Below, piece by piece: positions 1-12,479 of a DNA stretch of 64,000 nt. The stretch is from Perkinsus chesapeaki ATCC PRA-425 (taxonomy: Eukaryota; Protista; Perkinsozoa). The translations under genes and the position numbers were made by a program. The stretch lies in NCBI GenBank assembly GCA_013115145.1, contig JAAPAO010000037.1:50009-114008 (forward strand), read 5' to 3'. The notes beneath the pieces are model-generated. The model did not search any database, was not told where the DNA came from, and saw nothing but the letters and a program-made list of their open reading frames with translations. Each line of letters begins with the position of its first letter. The first letter of the stretch is position 1.

Positions 1-966
1 TTACGATGATGGAGCATTTGCTAAATCTTTAGGTTTGGCGAAGGTCATGGTGCGAGCTTTCAGAGGTGTTTTTCGGTTCCTCGTAAGCCTCAAGCATCCT
101 CGGCCTCGCAGTGGTAGGATGGCTCTCGAAGAGTAGCTTAGTGGGTGTGTCAGCTACGAGGACAGGGCCGCTTACTTGTACGGTGACGGTCTGAAGAATT
201 GGGAAATTGGCCGAGTAGAGGGGGCATCGTATCTGCTCCGGCCGGCATCGTATGACCCACCTGTTATACCGGAGGCGATGCAACATTCTCTGAGGAGGCG
301 AGAGTGAGATACTACCGTGGCGCAGTAGTCGAATACGAACTTGCATTTTAGCATTGGGGACCCACCTGATGCCGATCAGCAGCCGCTCGAGGATGTGTTG
401 GAGATGCTGTGCAGCCCGCGAGCGAGGCGAACGCCTCGGAAGAGTGGAGGCAAGAATGATGGTGATATACTGGAAGATTTGTATTAGTCGTTGAAGTGCA
501 ACAGATACCATTGGGCGAACTCGGCTGGGTTTTAATAGGCTCCTCGAAGCTCTTTCGGAGGAGCCGGAAGAAATGGTGATGTGTGGAGTGCGAGGTGAGC
601 AGTTGATTATTCCATTACAAGTTACGCGGGTTTGTTGCCAGATTATTCTTCACCACAAAGCGGCACTACGGTCAAGCCGGAGCCTGGTCCAGGGACACTA
701 GTGGACACTACTAGCAAGGTGATGTGTGTTGTGAGTGGTGGAGCGGGGAACGCTGACTTGCTTAGGCACCGCCGAGGCTGAGCTTTTGGCTTTGTGAGTT
801 TCTGGCGGATAATGCAGGGTTGTCCCAGCTGATAGGATGCAAGGATAATCTAATGTTGCCTACCAAGCAGCAGATCCGACATTCCCGTAAATTACGACGC
901 TCCATCCTTTACCATAAAGTGAGGCAAGGTGGTGGCACAGCTGGTGAGTTGATGTCATCAACTTAG
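1..966 (+). CDS. Probable 3' portion of a spliced hypothetical gene, truncated by the window edge
   Basis: Short open segments (e.g. YEDRAAYLYGDGLKNWEIGRVEG, GFNRLLEALSEEPEEMVM) separated by GTGAG/GTAAG...AG intron-like stretches; no domain recognised; end approximate. Confidence 0.25.
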
Positions 967-1186
967 GCGTGCGATGATTTGGGTATATCGTCTCCCTTTG
1001 GTGATGGTGAGCCGATTTCAGAGAAGAGACTTCATGTACACGCTATTGATGTAGCCTCATCTAGATTTATCGATTTATCAACATGAACATTTAACTGCTG
1101 CTGTTCAGAGCTATTCCTATTGCATTTAACAAGGACTTGGGTTGATTCAACAGGGCAGCAGGATTTGATAGGGAGAGTCTGTCTGT

Positions 1187-3426
1187 ATGTCCGCTCCAGA
1201 TGAAACAGGCGTGATTCCTACCGAGGGGGACTTCCCTAATGAGGAGAAAGTGGATGAGGAGCCTTCTTTGATGGAACGACACGTTTTCGAATCTGTGATG
1301 CTGCCCGTGAGTACGAGCCTGGGAGTCTTTCAGTCGTAGGTTCTCAGCTGCGTTATAGAGAGATTTGCAGAGCATTCGGAGAAAGAGCGACAAGCGGTGG
1401 CACTAGCACCATACGAGGGATGCAGCAGGGCTGAACGGTTGCTTAGGTACGCGACAGGTTCACTAAGCTCTTCACAGAACTAACCCATCGAACAACGATG
1501 ATAGATTTACTCAACGTGAAGGACTCATCTGAGTTGAGGAGAGTAAGTAGTCGAAGCGGGGAATTGGGGTTTAGTCTCGTTCAGATGTTATTTTATCCTC
1601 TGGCGAAGGAAGACATGCCTCGATACTTGAAGGGCTTGTGCAAGGCTACTACCATCTTAGCCATGAACGATGCGGGGACAGCAGAGACGGACAAGATACG
1701 CCTTTACCTTGTGACATTGCTTTATTTGAAGCACATTCGAGTGCCAAGCATTGCTCAAGCAGTTGCTGAGTCTTATGAAGGGATGTTTTCGTTGGTACGA
1801 GATCGTAGGTCTGTTTGGCTGGAGTGGAGAGCGGTAGTAGGTAGAGCACTTTGAGGACCCCAACCCTTACGTGGCAGCCCAAGCAATGGACGTGTTCTTC
1901 AAAGTCGTGGCCACAAGCATAGACGGTGCTGAAGGGGAGACCATCTGGAACGAGGAAAAGTGTCCTGGAGTGCATCACGCTGTTTTGAAGAAGTGCTTTC
2001 TAAGTCCAACTTTTTGGTCGAGAGTCGCCCACCTTACCAGTGGGAAGGATTCGTAAGGATTTACTTCGATTATTTGTTCGATGGACTGCAAGGTATCCCT
2101 TCGAGAGACGATACATCGCCCGGTTGCTTGGTCTCTGCCTGCACTACTTGAGCACAGTCTGGGTTGATGAGAATCGACTGCCTGAGGGTGCTGAGGAACT
2201 AACCATTGGGAAGAAGCTCAACGCTTTATTGATTGAGCTTCAAGGTCGGCTCATAACGTCATGCTCGAGCATCACCGCCATTCAGAATCACATCCTGACA
2301 TCTATGAGGCCTTCTTCGAACGCGTATGTGAGTCCCTCCCGGTGGGGACGGACAATCGGATGCCAAGAGAAGTGCTGCAAGATCAGCTATTTGAGGAGGA
2401 TGATGTTGATTGGTGTAAAGGATCAGTTATTGAGACAATGCCCGAGTCGAAGCGTAACTCTGACAGAGCTGCTGAGATGAGAGCATTGGGGAATCACATG
2501 ACTAGAAATAAAAAGTACTAACAGAAGGCAGCATCTCTACAACTACCGCAATACGAGGAAGGTGGATCGAATTAGGTATGAGCATGCCCTATCCTGCTAT
2601 GCGTACTCCTTACAATGGCACAGTGAGGAGCCTTTAACGCACTGCAATATGGCAATGTGTCACTTAAAGCTGGGCAACTGGAAGGAGGCAGTTTCGGCTG
2701 CAGAGTCTGCGATAGTGGGTGCTTGTTTAGTTGCAGACGACAAAGATGTAACCCTAGGTAAGAGATGCGGGAATGATGAAAGCATGGTACAGGAAGGCCG
2801 AGGGGCTTTCGGCTATGCTAAAATTGGTCAGCAACGAGGAAGAGCGGGACATGATTCGGTATCGGGGCACTAGGGGATGCCGATAGTTTGCACTCGGGTA
2901 TTCAGGGCATCCCTTCGAGAGGCACTGGATAAGGCACGTGATTTGGGTTGCGATGCCGGCCTGCTCCAAAGGCTTCATTGTGATGTGACTCATTCATGAC
3001 AGCATTTCCGTCGCTTCTACTAAGAACGTCTAGTCTCGTTGTCATTGCCGTGGTGGGGACCTTGCCGTGGGGTCTTTAGGGTGAACTTGAGCAGCAGCTT
3101 TTCGGTTGTCATTGCTGTGTCCTCTTCCTTCACATATCCGGACTATCCAATGACAGAATTCCCAAAAACGGGAAGTGTTAACAGTTCTAGTGTGCCACGA
3201 CAACGTAGGTCATTGGATGCCGAGTGTGCGTTGAATAGCTTTGATAGGCATAAGTGCCACTGAATCTGATCCGATATTGCTCGACTCAAAGGTTACGGTG
3301 TCACGGAAACGTCAGCTCGACTCTGGGGATACTCTGAAGATGTGGCGGACTCGTGAAGACTTCGAGGCGTTTGTTAGTAATGAAGAATTGATTGTTATAG
3401 TATCAAATGGTGATGAGCTGCATTGA
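1187..3426 (+). CDS. Multi-exon TPR-containing protein with a helical N-terminal region
   Basis: ATG at 1187 (MSAPDETG...). Splicing across about 2516-2576 gives RALGNHMTRNKKYEHALSCYAYSLQWHSEEPLTHCNMAMCHLKLGNWKEAVSAAESAI followed by KAWYRKAEGL, i.e. consecutive TPR helices of the co-chaperone type. 3' end approximate. Confidence 0.55.
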
Positions 3427-3626
3427 TATGTAGGCTCTAGTATTGATGTATTCAAGGGATGGTTTATAACATTTATGCTAATGGAACATACAAGATCATG
3501 TTTTCATGTTGGAATGGATAAAGTTAATTGGCCCATCATGCACATTGTATCTAAGGTAGTAGTGGTGGTGGTGGCACTCATTCATCAGAGATTAATTTGT
3601 GTAATCAGGCCGCCTGCTCCCTCGAT

Positions 3627-5338
3627 ATGACGTGCTTTTCAACCGCCTATGGTTTTATGTGTTATAGAAGTTACTTCGTAAACACCAAGAATAGGCCACT
3701 ATCCACTACCTTAACGAGAGTATTTAGGTAGGAGTAATAGCGGGGTCGCCGCCGCCGCTTGTTTACACTACATTCTGGACCTGTCTCAGATCTGTTAGTT
3801 TGGTTGTCCTGGCATTAATAATCATGAACATCACCTTCAGTATATCAACGCTGAATCACATGCCTAATTTCAAGGAGACTGCCGAAATCATAACGGTACG
3901 TTCCATGAGAGGGAGTGAGTAGAGGATTATTCGACTTAGTTATCCACCGTCTACTGGGACTTCCTCGCGGCTTTCCCTTTGGAGCTTCTAATGGGTTTCA
4001 TTACCACCAAGCCGATTATCGAATTCTCAATGTAAAAAGGGCAGAGTGGCTGGCATGACCTCCTCAATCTCAGGCGCTACCGCCACAAGAGGGCTATAGC
4101 CAGACTGGTGCTTTTCTTGTTCCTTCTAGGCTGGCCGCTCGTATTAAGTTCTTTCAACTTGCATCATTGCCAGAATGTCGGGGAACGGTACTAGAAGCTG
4201 TCGGTTATGATTCGGTTGATGGTCCCTAATAGGTACCTTAGCCTCCTTGTTGGCTGCCGTCCCCTAGAGTTCCGCGCGACTCGATTTCCAGCTGTACCCT
4301 ACATGTTCTACTTCAACTTCGGTTGCATTGTCAGCCAGTTGCTGCTAGAATACACAGAGAGTCTTCCACGCGGTGAGGAGGATTCTGACCTACCAGTACT
4401 CGATCGGTTTTCCAGGGTCAGATGCTATTCGCCGGTCTTACCTGCCGAGATCGCAGAACCTCAGCGACCTCAGCGAGGTTTCAACCCCCTCCAATTTAGA
4501 CAGCGATGGCGGCCTTCCGCCACCTGTCACTTCCGGCACTTATCGCAAAGATAACTTCGTTCCATACTTGGTCGCTTTCGGACTGTTGATGCTGGTGGGA
4601 CACTCTGGATAGGCCAAGAGCACTGAATGCCGTTATTTTCAGGTGGAGTTGGTTTATCTGACACCTCTAGCCATGAATCCCCAAGTCACTTGGGAGTATC
4701 TTGACTGGAATGGTTATGTAAGGTTCCCAATGTAAGTGACATTCTCAGCATCATATTCGGCATCTGATCTATATAATGTTTCTAATACTCTCAGGAACTA
4801 CAAAGTCATTCTAGCGTGGGGTGTGCTGTCCCATTCCGTTCTCATATTCTCCATGATCTTTGTTGCCTTTGCAAAGAACACCACGGTGGTAACATCTATA
4901 CTTGAGCACACTATTCGATATTGCCCTATTGTCAGATATGTCACATCATCGACTTCTTGGAGCATTGTGGAGCTAATGTTCTTCTCTACCTTCTGGTCAA
5001 CTCCCTCATTATTCATGTACAAAACAACCCTTCGGTGCCCCTTTGGCCAACCAACCATGTCCATTCTTAGGGCATATTCCATAACCATTGGGTGGCTAGC
5101 GGTACAGAGGAGGATCAAGGTTAGTGCTGCTATGCCTCCTCAGTATGGATATTTCTGCTACCTCAGAGGCACCAGAGACGTCACCATACTCCAATTTCGC
5201 ATGGGAGATGATCGTCCTTATATTTGGAGCAGGTCAGCGAAGCTCCGCGAGCTGCTATGTGGAACAGTACATTGTCTTGTAGGCACAATCGGAGCGACAA
5301 GGTTCATTCATTATCTCGCACGGAGCGGGAGAAAGTAA
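3627..5338 (+). CDS. Multi-pass membrane protein, divergent bestrophin-like anion channel (tentative)
   Basis: Four segments match bestrophin motifs in the right order: FPLELLMGF (cf. IPISFVLGF), VPYMFYFNF (cf. VPWVWFANL), YLDWNGYVRFPMNYKVILAWGV (cf. YDWISIPLVYTQVVTVAV), GWLAVQRRI (cf. GWLKVAEQL). Matched by eye; boundaries approximate. Confidence 0.45.
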
Positions 5339-5737
5339 AGCATTTGCGGACGACGGCGCTGTTAATCGATCTTTCTTTCGTTGTTCCACACATGAGCATT
5401 ACAAAGATTTATAATACATAATGTTGTTGAAAGTGCATTATTGTGTTTTTATTATTGCTAATAACAACTCAACAGCACGTTAACAGTTGAGGTATTGTAA
5501 CTGGACAGCTCTCATTGTGCCGAAACAATCGTTTCGTAACAGTAGGAATATGAGAAACCTATTGGTAGAACATTATGGAGTTGATTATTGTAGATATTAT
5601 TATTAGTAAAGAAATGCAATGTCGCGAAGCGATAACCCTGCAACGTAACCATCGCTTTAAGTGTCGTTGTTGTTGTGAACGGTGGTATTGCCGGTAAAAC
5701 CATCGGCTGATGAGAAAGGAACGTCTTGTGGGTACAT

Positions 5738-6805
5738 CTAGTTACGATGCTCCATCATAGCGTTCTTTCCGATCTGAACAGCTGCCTGATTAAGCTTAGT
5801 CAACTGACGGCAAGGATGCATGAACTCGCTGATAGCGAAGGCGATGAGGAGATCCTAGAACATAACGCATACACACTGAAGATGGAGGAAGGGTTCAACT
5901 TACATGTCCGGGGTTGCCCTCGAGATCTGTGGTCTTAACGGTGACCTCATCAGCACCATCGTTCTGTTTGTATTCGACATCGAACATGCCATCAACCTTC
6001 CACTTGCGATCCCAGTTATCCCAGTTGCCTTTCTCGACACTAACATCGTAATCTTTACCGTCGATAGACTGACACACATAGCAATGATTACATACGATTC
6101 TCCAAGCAGCCTGGTTACTTACCAAGGTATAGGAAACGTTCTTAACCTTAGCGGTGGCATCCCAATCCTCATCATTGTCCTTGTTATCCTCTTCGTCAAC
6201 TTCAACCTCACACTTAGAGAGACCCTTCATTTGAAGGCCAACAGTGGCGAACTCTCGGCCGTCCTCATCAGAGAACTTGGCAGAACGCTTGATCTTCCAG
6301 CGCAGCTTAACCTTCAATTCGCTCTCATCGAAGTCGAACATCGAATCCTTCGAGTCGTCACTGCTGAGCAACGAGAATTACGCAACTGTTTGATCGTTGT
6401 TAATCGCCTTACCTCTTGGAATCATCTGATCCATCCCAATCCACATCCTTGGCGCAGACAACATTCTCCACACCAATCTCGCATTTGCCGAGAACCTATG
6501 AAGAAGCATAAGATGAAGAGAAGTTGCATTAAGTTGCCTTACATGTTCACGCTCCTTATTGATAAGGGAGAAGTTGGGGGTAGGATCACTCAAGTCGCTG
6601 TCCGACTTGATAACCAGCCAGTGCTCACCGTCTGTATTGTAGACTTCAAAGTTTCGAGAATCAGGACTAGCCTGGGACTTCTTTATCTGAGGTCAAGAGC
6701 GATGGTAAATGAGGGACCGCCGCAGCTTAGTATTACCTTGAAAGTGTGAGGCTTACCGACTTCAGGATCGTCAAGACCGGGAAGAGAGGAACAACAACCA
6801 CCCAT
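5738..6805 (-). CDS. Predicted N-myristoylated/palmitoylated acidic beta-rich protein, possibly tubby-C/LURP1-like fold
   Basis: Clean GTAAG...AG introns link MGGCCSSLPGLDDPEV...IKKSQASPDSRNFEVYNTDGEHWLVIK...KLRWKIKRSAKF...DLLIAFAISEFMHP...EHRN*. MGGCC is a dual-acylation N-terminus. Beta-strand pattern ending in a hydrophobic helix suggests the fold (inference). Confidence 0.55.
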
Positions 6806-7358
6806 GGATTATTAATAGAATAACAAAATATAACTGATGAACACTTTTCAACGCCAACACTAACGATTCCAGCAAGCAACCACCTATTCCCGAGATGGTG
6901 CTGATCAATCCGTGAACTATTACAGGAGGGCCTAGTGAGCCCATATGGTTCAACGTTGAAGCAGCGTTTCGAGAGGAAAATATGTCTAGAAAAAGTAAAG
7001 CTAAACAATACTAGTGCTAGAGGTGCTATTCGACACAACTGCTGTCCCCTCTAGTACTGTGTCATTTTATATAAGGCTTCCCCACAGAAGTCCCTCATAT
7101 CTAAAGCGGCCTATATCTCCTTGTATAGCAACTCTGATAGCCGAAATGTAGATTCCAAATACTGAAACGAAAATGGTCACACCAGTTGACGCCAACACAT
7201 AGCGATCAATTTTGTGGCGCAGTGACTAATTCCAATTAACCATTTTTCTCGTGCTTGTGAAGAATATCCTCCCATGTGGAATGTAATTGTAGACTTGTTT
7301 TGAAATAGTTGATCGGAGATTGGTGCTCATCAGGAGGTCTCTGTTGTTGTGTCGTGTT

Positions 7359-8147
7359 ATGTCTTCTTCACCTCCTCCCCCTCTTGGTCATATAGACCCG
7401 CTAATCGAGGATAGGCTACCAGCATCCATTTTACGGGAATACAATTTATGCCGGTAGTTATGGTATGAGCAGCTATTGCAGGTTATAGCTTTATTAGAAA
7501 CAACCTCATGAAGAATCTTCGATCGGTCGAGCTTGAGATAGCCGAAAAGGAATATCGGTACCTGGAGGAATCGGCCGATTATGGCAATTATGTCAAGGTT
7601 ATTATGTCATTGGGCTCCCCCTCCTTGTAATGCTTTCTATAGGGTTTTGACAGCCTTTTATCGTACCGTCTACCTTCACAAGGAGGGGGCCACGGCAGTC
7701 GGAAGCATCGGGCGGTTAAGAGCTCAGATAGACTGCTTTCTTTGAGGTGCCTTCTCAGTGCACAGGCACTGCGGAGTAATTGGTGTTGTTAGCTCTACCA
7801 GCGCCCCCTTGACATCCGAGCAGACATCGGCGGCCATTTCAGCCACTCCATCTCCACCGGGAACACCTGAGGGTAGAAAAGGTTTACTTAGCTATGTCAT
7901 TAGCGACCTGACTGTAGATGAGACCACGACGTCTGAATCAACTCATGCTGTTATAAAGAAATCACGAACACATAAAGGGCCGCATGCTAGGCATTCGACT
8001 GTTAGTGAGGTACTAGTTACCCATGGTGGAGAAATACCATTATGGTTGTAGGAATCGGGTGTATCGAGTGAAGCACAAACAACAGCCGCTGGCAGCCCGC
8101 CAATCGCTTCTAAAAAGAGTGGGAAATCGAGGAAAAGAAAGCGCTGA
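7359..8147 (+). CDS. EAF6: NuA4 histone acetyltransferase subunit Eaf6/MEAF6 homolog
   Basis: Spliced VELEIAEKEYRYLEESADYGNYVKGFDSLL...RAVKSSDRLLSLSSTS matches the Eaf6 core (LEKQIYAFEGSYLEE...YGNIIRGWD...ERLFSKSS); basic NLS-like C-terminus KKSGKSRKRKR*. Confidence 0.8.
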
Positions 8148-8707
8148 GGAATACCTCTTATTGTCAGTCTGTTCTGTTAGTACATGTTGTCCTATTGTCC
8201 TTTGAAAATAGCATCGTTACCATTTACCCATCCCCTCTCTATCTGTCTTGTTATAGCTATCGGGTCAATTCCATTGTCGTTACCTTTAGTTTACTGTATA
8301 ATCATATATTATCCTAGTAATACAACCATTGTTCACGTGTGGTCGTCGTTGAGTAATATTCACCCAGTAGCGTCCTCTACCGTCAATTTCCTGTATTTAC
8401 CGGCGAGCTGTTTCAAATGCCTTTCTCGAGTCATCAGCGTCTCATTATCGGTAAATAACTTACTCGAAACTTTACCTACTACAGGCCTTTAGGTGCAACG
8501 GAGGTTCAATAAAGTATACATTTTAGAGTCGTGGTGAGGTCGGGGATTGGCTTAATTAGGCCTTAATTACGCAATAGTACTCTGTGGGAAGGTTGTTATA
8601 TTTAGCTGCTATGGTTAAGCTGTTGTATTTCCTCAGTTCAACGTATCCTATTTATTTTTCCTTCCCTTCTATCATCCCATAAATAGGGAAAACCAGGGTC
8701 TAATCAA

Positions 8708-10875
8708 ATGTCGGATGGCTCGGGCTCTTCTGGTCTCCGCCGATCTCAAGGACAGGAGGGTGGAAGTGACGTGAAGGGCAAGGATACTATTAAGTTCAGA
8801 GAGCAGACGGACTCTAATGCCAAGGTTTTAAGGTCAGACCTCGAACCCGGGTCATCGTCTTTACCTCCTCCTCCTCATATCAACATGGCTTGTTACACAT
8901 TACTATCTTCTCCACTGTGTGTTAATGTATATAGTAGGTATGTTACTGACTTCCTGATGAATCATTCGGGCAAATGGATAGGGCTGGATAAGCTCAATCA
9001 CAATCCCAAGTTGGTTGGTTTTATTGGTAGTGATAGAATCACATGCCCGTATGCATCCCCCCTGACTGTCATCACAGGTCACCTCTTGGTCGGTCTCCCC
9101 GGAATACACCGCACCATGAATGTTAGGACGGCCGATGGTACGGAGAAGGTAGACTATTGTGTGTTGTTGTTGTGGTTATCACAGTGCTCGTGTAGGAGAT
9201 TGGGTACCTCGGTACTGAGTGGATAGCCCAGACGTTTAATATACGTGATTGGGGTGGTATACCTATGGTGCCAAGAGAGATTATTACTGTAACTAAGGAT
9301 GCAGCTGGGGAAGTACTTGTTAAATTGACGGCGAATTGGACTACTACTAGGACTGGATCAAAGCTCATAGTGGTAGGGTAACTAGCAGTATAGGTAGCGG
9401 TTATTATTGTTGTTGTATCTACAGGATCCAAATTCCTCATCACAGGATGCTTCTTCTAGACGCCAGCACGGGTACCATCAGTCATCAGGTTATGCGAGAG
9501 GGGGGAGAGGCGGGTATAAAGGGGGAGGAGGAGGATGGTGGAAGGGAGGTGGAGGAGGAACGTCAGCTTGGAAAGGAGGAGGTGGAGGCCGTCATAGCAG
9601 TGTAAGGGCAGCTCATCGGTCATTGAGGAATATGGTGGTGTTCAGTATAATTATGGTGGCTACTATAGTAATGGTAGCAGTAGTAGTAGACAGTATGATG
9701 ACCAATGGTGGGACCAAGCGGACAAGAGATCGACCTCGTCCTCATATCGGTATGGAGCGGGAAGTGATGTAAGGGGATATGAGATGGCCTCAGCGAAGTG
9801 AAGTTGTGATTAGGAGCAGAAGCATGAGAGTCCAGCCGTAGACTGGGATGATGATGATGCCCTTGTGAAGAAGGAGGTAGGGCACCACGGTGGCAGGTGG
9901 GATGGTATGGTAGGTTTCTCGTAGGGAGATATTTCCAATGGTGAAGGACGCCGGCATAGTCCTGAGCCGAAAAGGCAGCGTACATTGAGATCCCCAAGCC
10001 CTCGGAGGAGAACATCATCGAGATCAAGAGGAAAATCAAATGCAAGTAACGATGATAGAAGAAGTAGACGACGTAGTAGAGAACGGTCACCTGATGGAGT
10101 GGTGAAGAGGGGGAGGAGAAGGAGCAGCAGAAGGTCTAGTTCAGCGGGAAGAGCTAAGACTGAGGGTAGTGACATATCCCTTACATACCAAGTGCTCATC
10201 CTCTGGAGAGGCTTCATCGGTCTTGCATTGGGGCTAGATTTACCACATGTAGAGATGCTTATTACTTCAGATGATCACCGTGGACGTAGTAAGAGTGGAG
10301 CTGATCGGAGGGGATATCCTGGTCCACGATCACGGAGCAGCAGCGAGAGCTCTATCGAGCTTAGTGATGCTGAGAGTTGGCCAGAGGATCCAACTGATGA
10401 TAGGGAGAATAGGAATAACATCAGTGTTGATAGCAACGTTGAAGTGGCAGCACCATTGAAGCAAGCGAAGGTAGTATAGCAAATTCATAGAGTAGTGGAT
10501 ACAGAACTTATTCTGATATAACCGTACAGTCTGAAGCCATATATGAAGCAACATCTAAACTTGGTGTTTTTGACGGAAGAAACTCATCTTCGTAAAAGGA
10601 AGAGTGAATAGTGGAGGGATTTAAACGCAAAGTTCAAATGTTGAATAGGAGGGTAGTGGTTAGCCTATATAAGGTCAAAATGGTAGCTTGTAACGTATGA
10701 CATACAGGCCAACCTGATTGACCATGGCCAGGGGCATGAACCGGTTATAGTGCATGATTGTCAGGCAATAGCGGATGACTTACAGCTGTTTGAGCTGGGA
10801 TCCGAAAGGAAGCAAAGGGACATGAGGGATATGCTGAGGGAGATGATAAGGGACCTCTACCAGATGTCGGTTTAA
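8708..10875 (+). CDS. Hypothetical Gly/RGG-rich and Arg/Ser-rich (RS) protein, likely nuclear RNA-associated
   Basis: Globular-looking N-terminal exons, then RGGRGGYKGGGGGWWKGGGGGTSAWKGGGGGR, then RSPSPRRRTSSRSR...RRSRRRSRERSP; exons linked by GT-AG introns; 3' end approximate. Confidence 0.5.
9500..9592 (+). repeat. Coding low-complexity repeat, three (W/Y)KGGGGG units
   Basis: Visible GGA/GGT-rich tandem units translating to YKGGGGG-WWKGGGGG-TSAWKGGGGG. Confidence 0.7.
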
Positions 10876-10939
10876 CTTCCGGTCCGACATGCTCATTGAA
10901 TACTGTTGCGGCTCAGATATCGTCCGGAAAAGAGCTCCC

Positions 10940-12132
10940 ATGTCCACTCACGGTTATTCCGTAAATTCTCAGGCAGAGAGGATCTGCTCTATCTCCTCGT
11001 TGCAGAGCGGTATGTGGGCCGCCCCACGTAATAAGTGATATGACGCTATTCGTTGGTGTATGTCTGGCGGCACTTAGGTACCACGAGCGTCGTCGACGCA
11101 GAATTAAATATAGGCCGCGGGACGAGCATAAGGGAGTTAAGCAAGCAACTGAAAAACAACTGGTGTCCGGTAGTGTGTCACGATCTACTTCTAATACTCC
11201 AACGGCTTCACAAAGGAATGGCATGGTGAGGGCGTGCCCGGGGGGATTTGGGGGGAAATTGGTATGATTAGGATCGGGAGAGTAGTGGACCTGAAGCGAT
11301 GCCGCGCGGTGGTGTGACGCCAGTTGATGAAGGGGCGATTGCAGCGGCGTTACCAGTCGCATTGCCCTTGAACGTGCGTATCACTCCAGAGGTTATGAAG
11401 TACTTGACTAGGACACGGTCGTGGTTGCAGAAGGTAGGATAAAGTAGTACTTGTGTGGGGTATTGTTGTTTGTAGGCTGTAGAGAGTTTAGTCCCGAAGA
11501 TTGTACTATTTGATGAAGCCAGCGCTAATCCATTGGACATTCGGGTGCTCCATGTCCTTACCAATTGGTAGTAGTCTATGTCACTGGAGGGGCTGATAAG
11601 ACATATATCTTTCAGTTGCTTCATCAAGTTCCGTCCGGAGCGATCGCCGCATAAGATAATAGGGTGTCTGGCTGGATACGAGAGATGTATACCAACTAAC
11701 TTGCCACAAGGGAAGTCTGTAACCAGCATGAACATACCTAAGACGAATGCCTTGCTGTTAAAGACGGTGGTAAGCAACAACAGGCCTTGTGATGTTGGTG
11801 ACGGCTCACGCAGTTGCGAGATCCCTCTACTGGACAAACGAGCAAGGGCGAGGTAGCATTTCGTGCCGTTTCAAATGAGCCGGCCACGATAGGGGAGCTT
11901 GAGGCTGCGGCGAGTAATTGGCAGTCGATCAGTAATATACAGGGTGCGGGGGTTCGCAGGAGGATTGGGAATCTTTATTAGGCAGTACAGTTAATACTAA
12001 GGTCGAAGATATTCGGCGGTGTGAGCGAGCTCTAAAGCTTATCCATCAACGTCAGGCGCCACTCTCTAAGGAGTCTGTTCGTAGAATAGTATTAAATGGT
12101 GAGATGCTTACTGTCGATACCTTACCACCTAA
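10940..12132 (+). CDS. Plus3-domain-containing protein (RTF1-like domain)
   Basis: Spliced LTRTRSWLQK...LTNCCFIKFR...KTNALLLKTV...FRAVSNEPATIGEL parallels the Plus3 motifs VRLSRHKLERW...VTGCFVRIG...RTNKGLQLRH...LEFVSNQEFTESEF. Start and end approximate. Confidence 0.45.
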
Positions 12133-12479
12133 TGAGGGACGGCCTGCCTCATCGTCACATCGGCATCACCGTCCACCCCCTGCCTCGACTACTACTACTA
12201 CTGGTGACCCTGTCCTTCCTCTACAGTCCTCGTTTCGATAATAGCATGTACTATTACTTGTGATCTCTTACAATTGATATGCTCCCTCTGGTACTATTGC
12301 TTAGTGTGGCTGCTGCTGCTTCCAAGGCTCTTCCTATAAGTATAGTCTCATTGATGTTAGGGAGTTTACGTTTCCATTATATAACATTACTTCTGCTGAA
12401 CCATTTCCTATCTACCCTAATCCGCTAGTATTGAGTTCAAAGTGAAGCAGGAAGCATAAAGCAGAGTTTAAGTGACAGA

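Noticed and set aside
5904-6749. 281-aa plus-strand ORF as a gene
   Set aside because: Antisense shadow of the cleanly spliced minus-strand MGGCC gene. The same applies to long ORFs such as 62450-63169 (+), 40137-40502 (+), 11268-11837 (-) and 28696-29622 (-).
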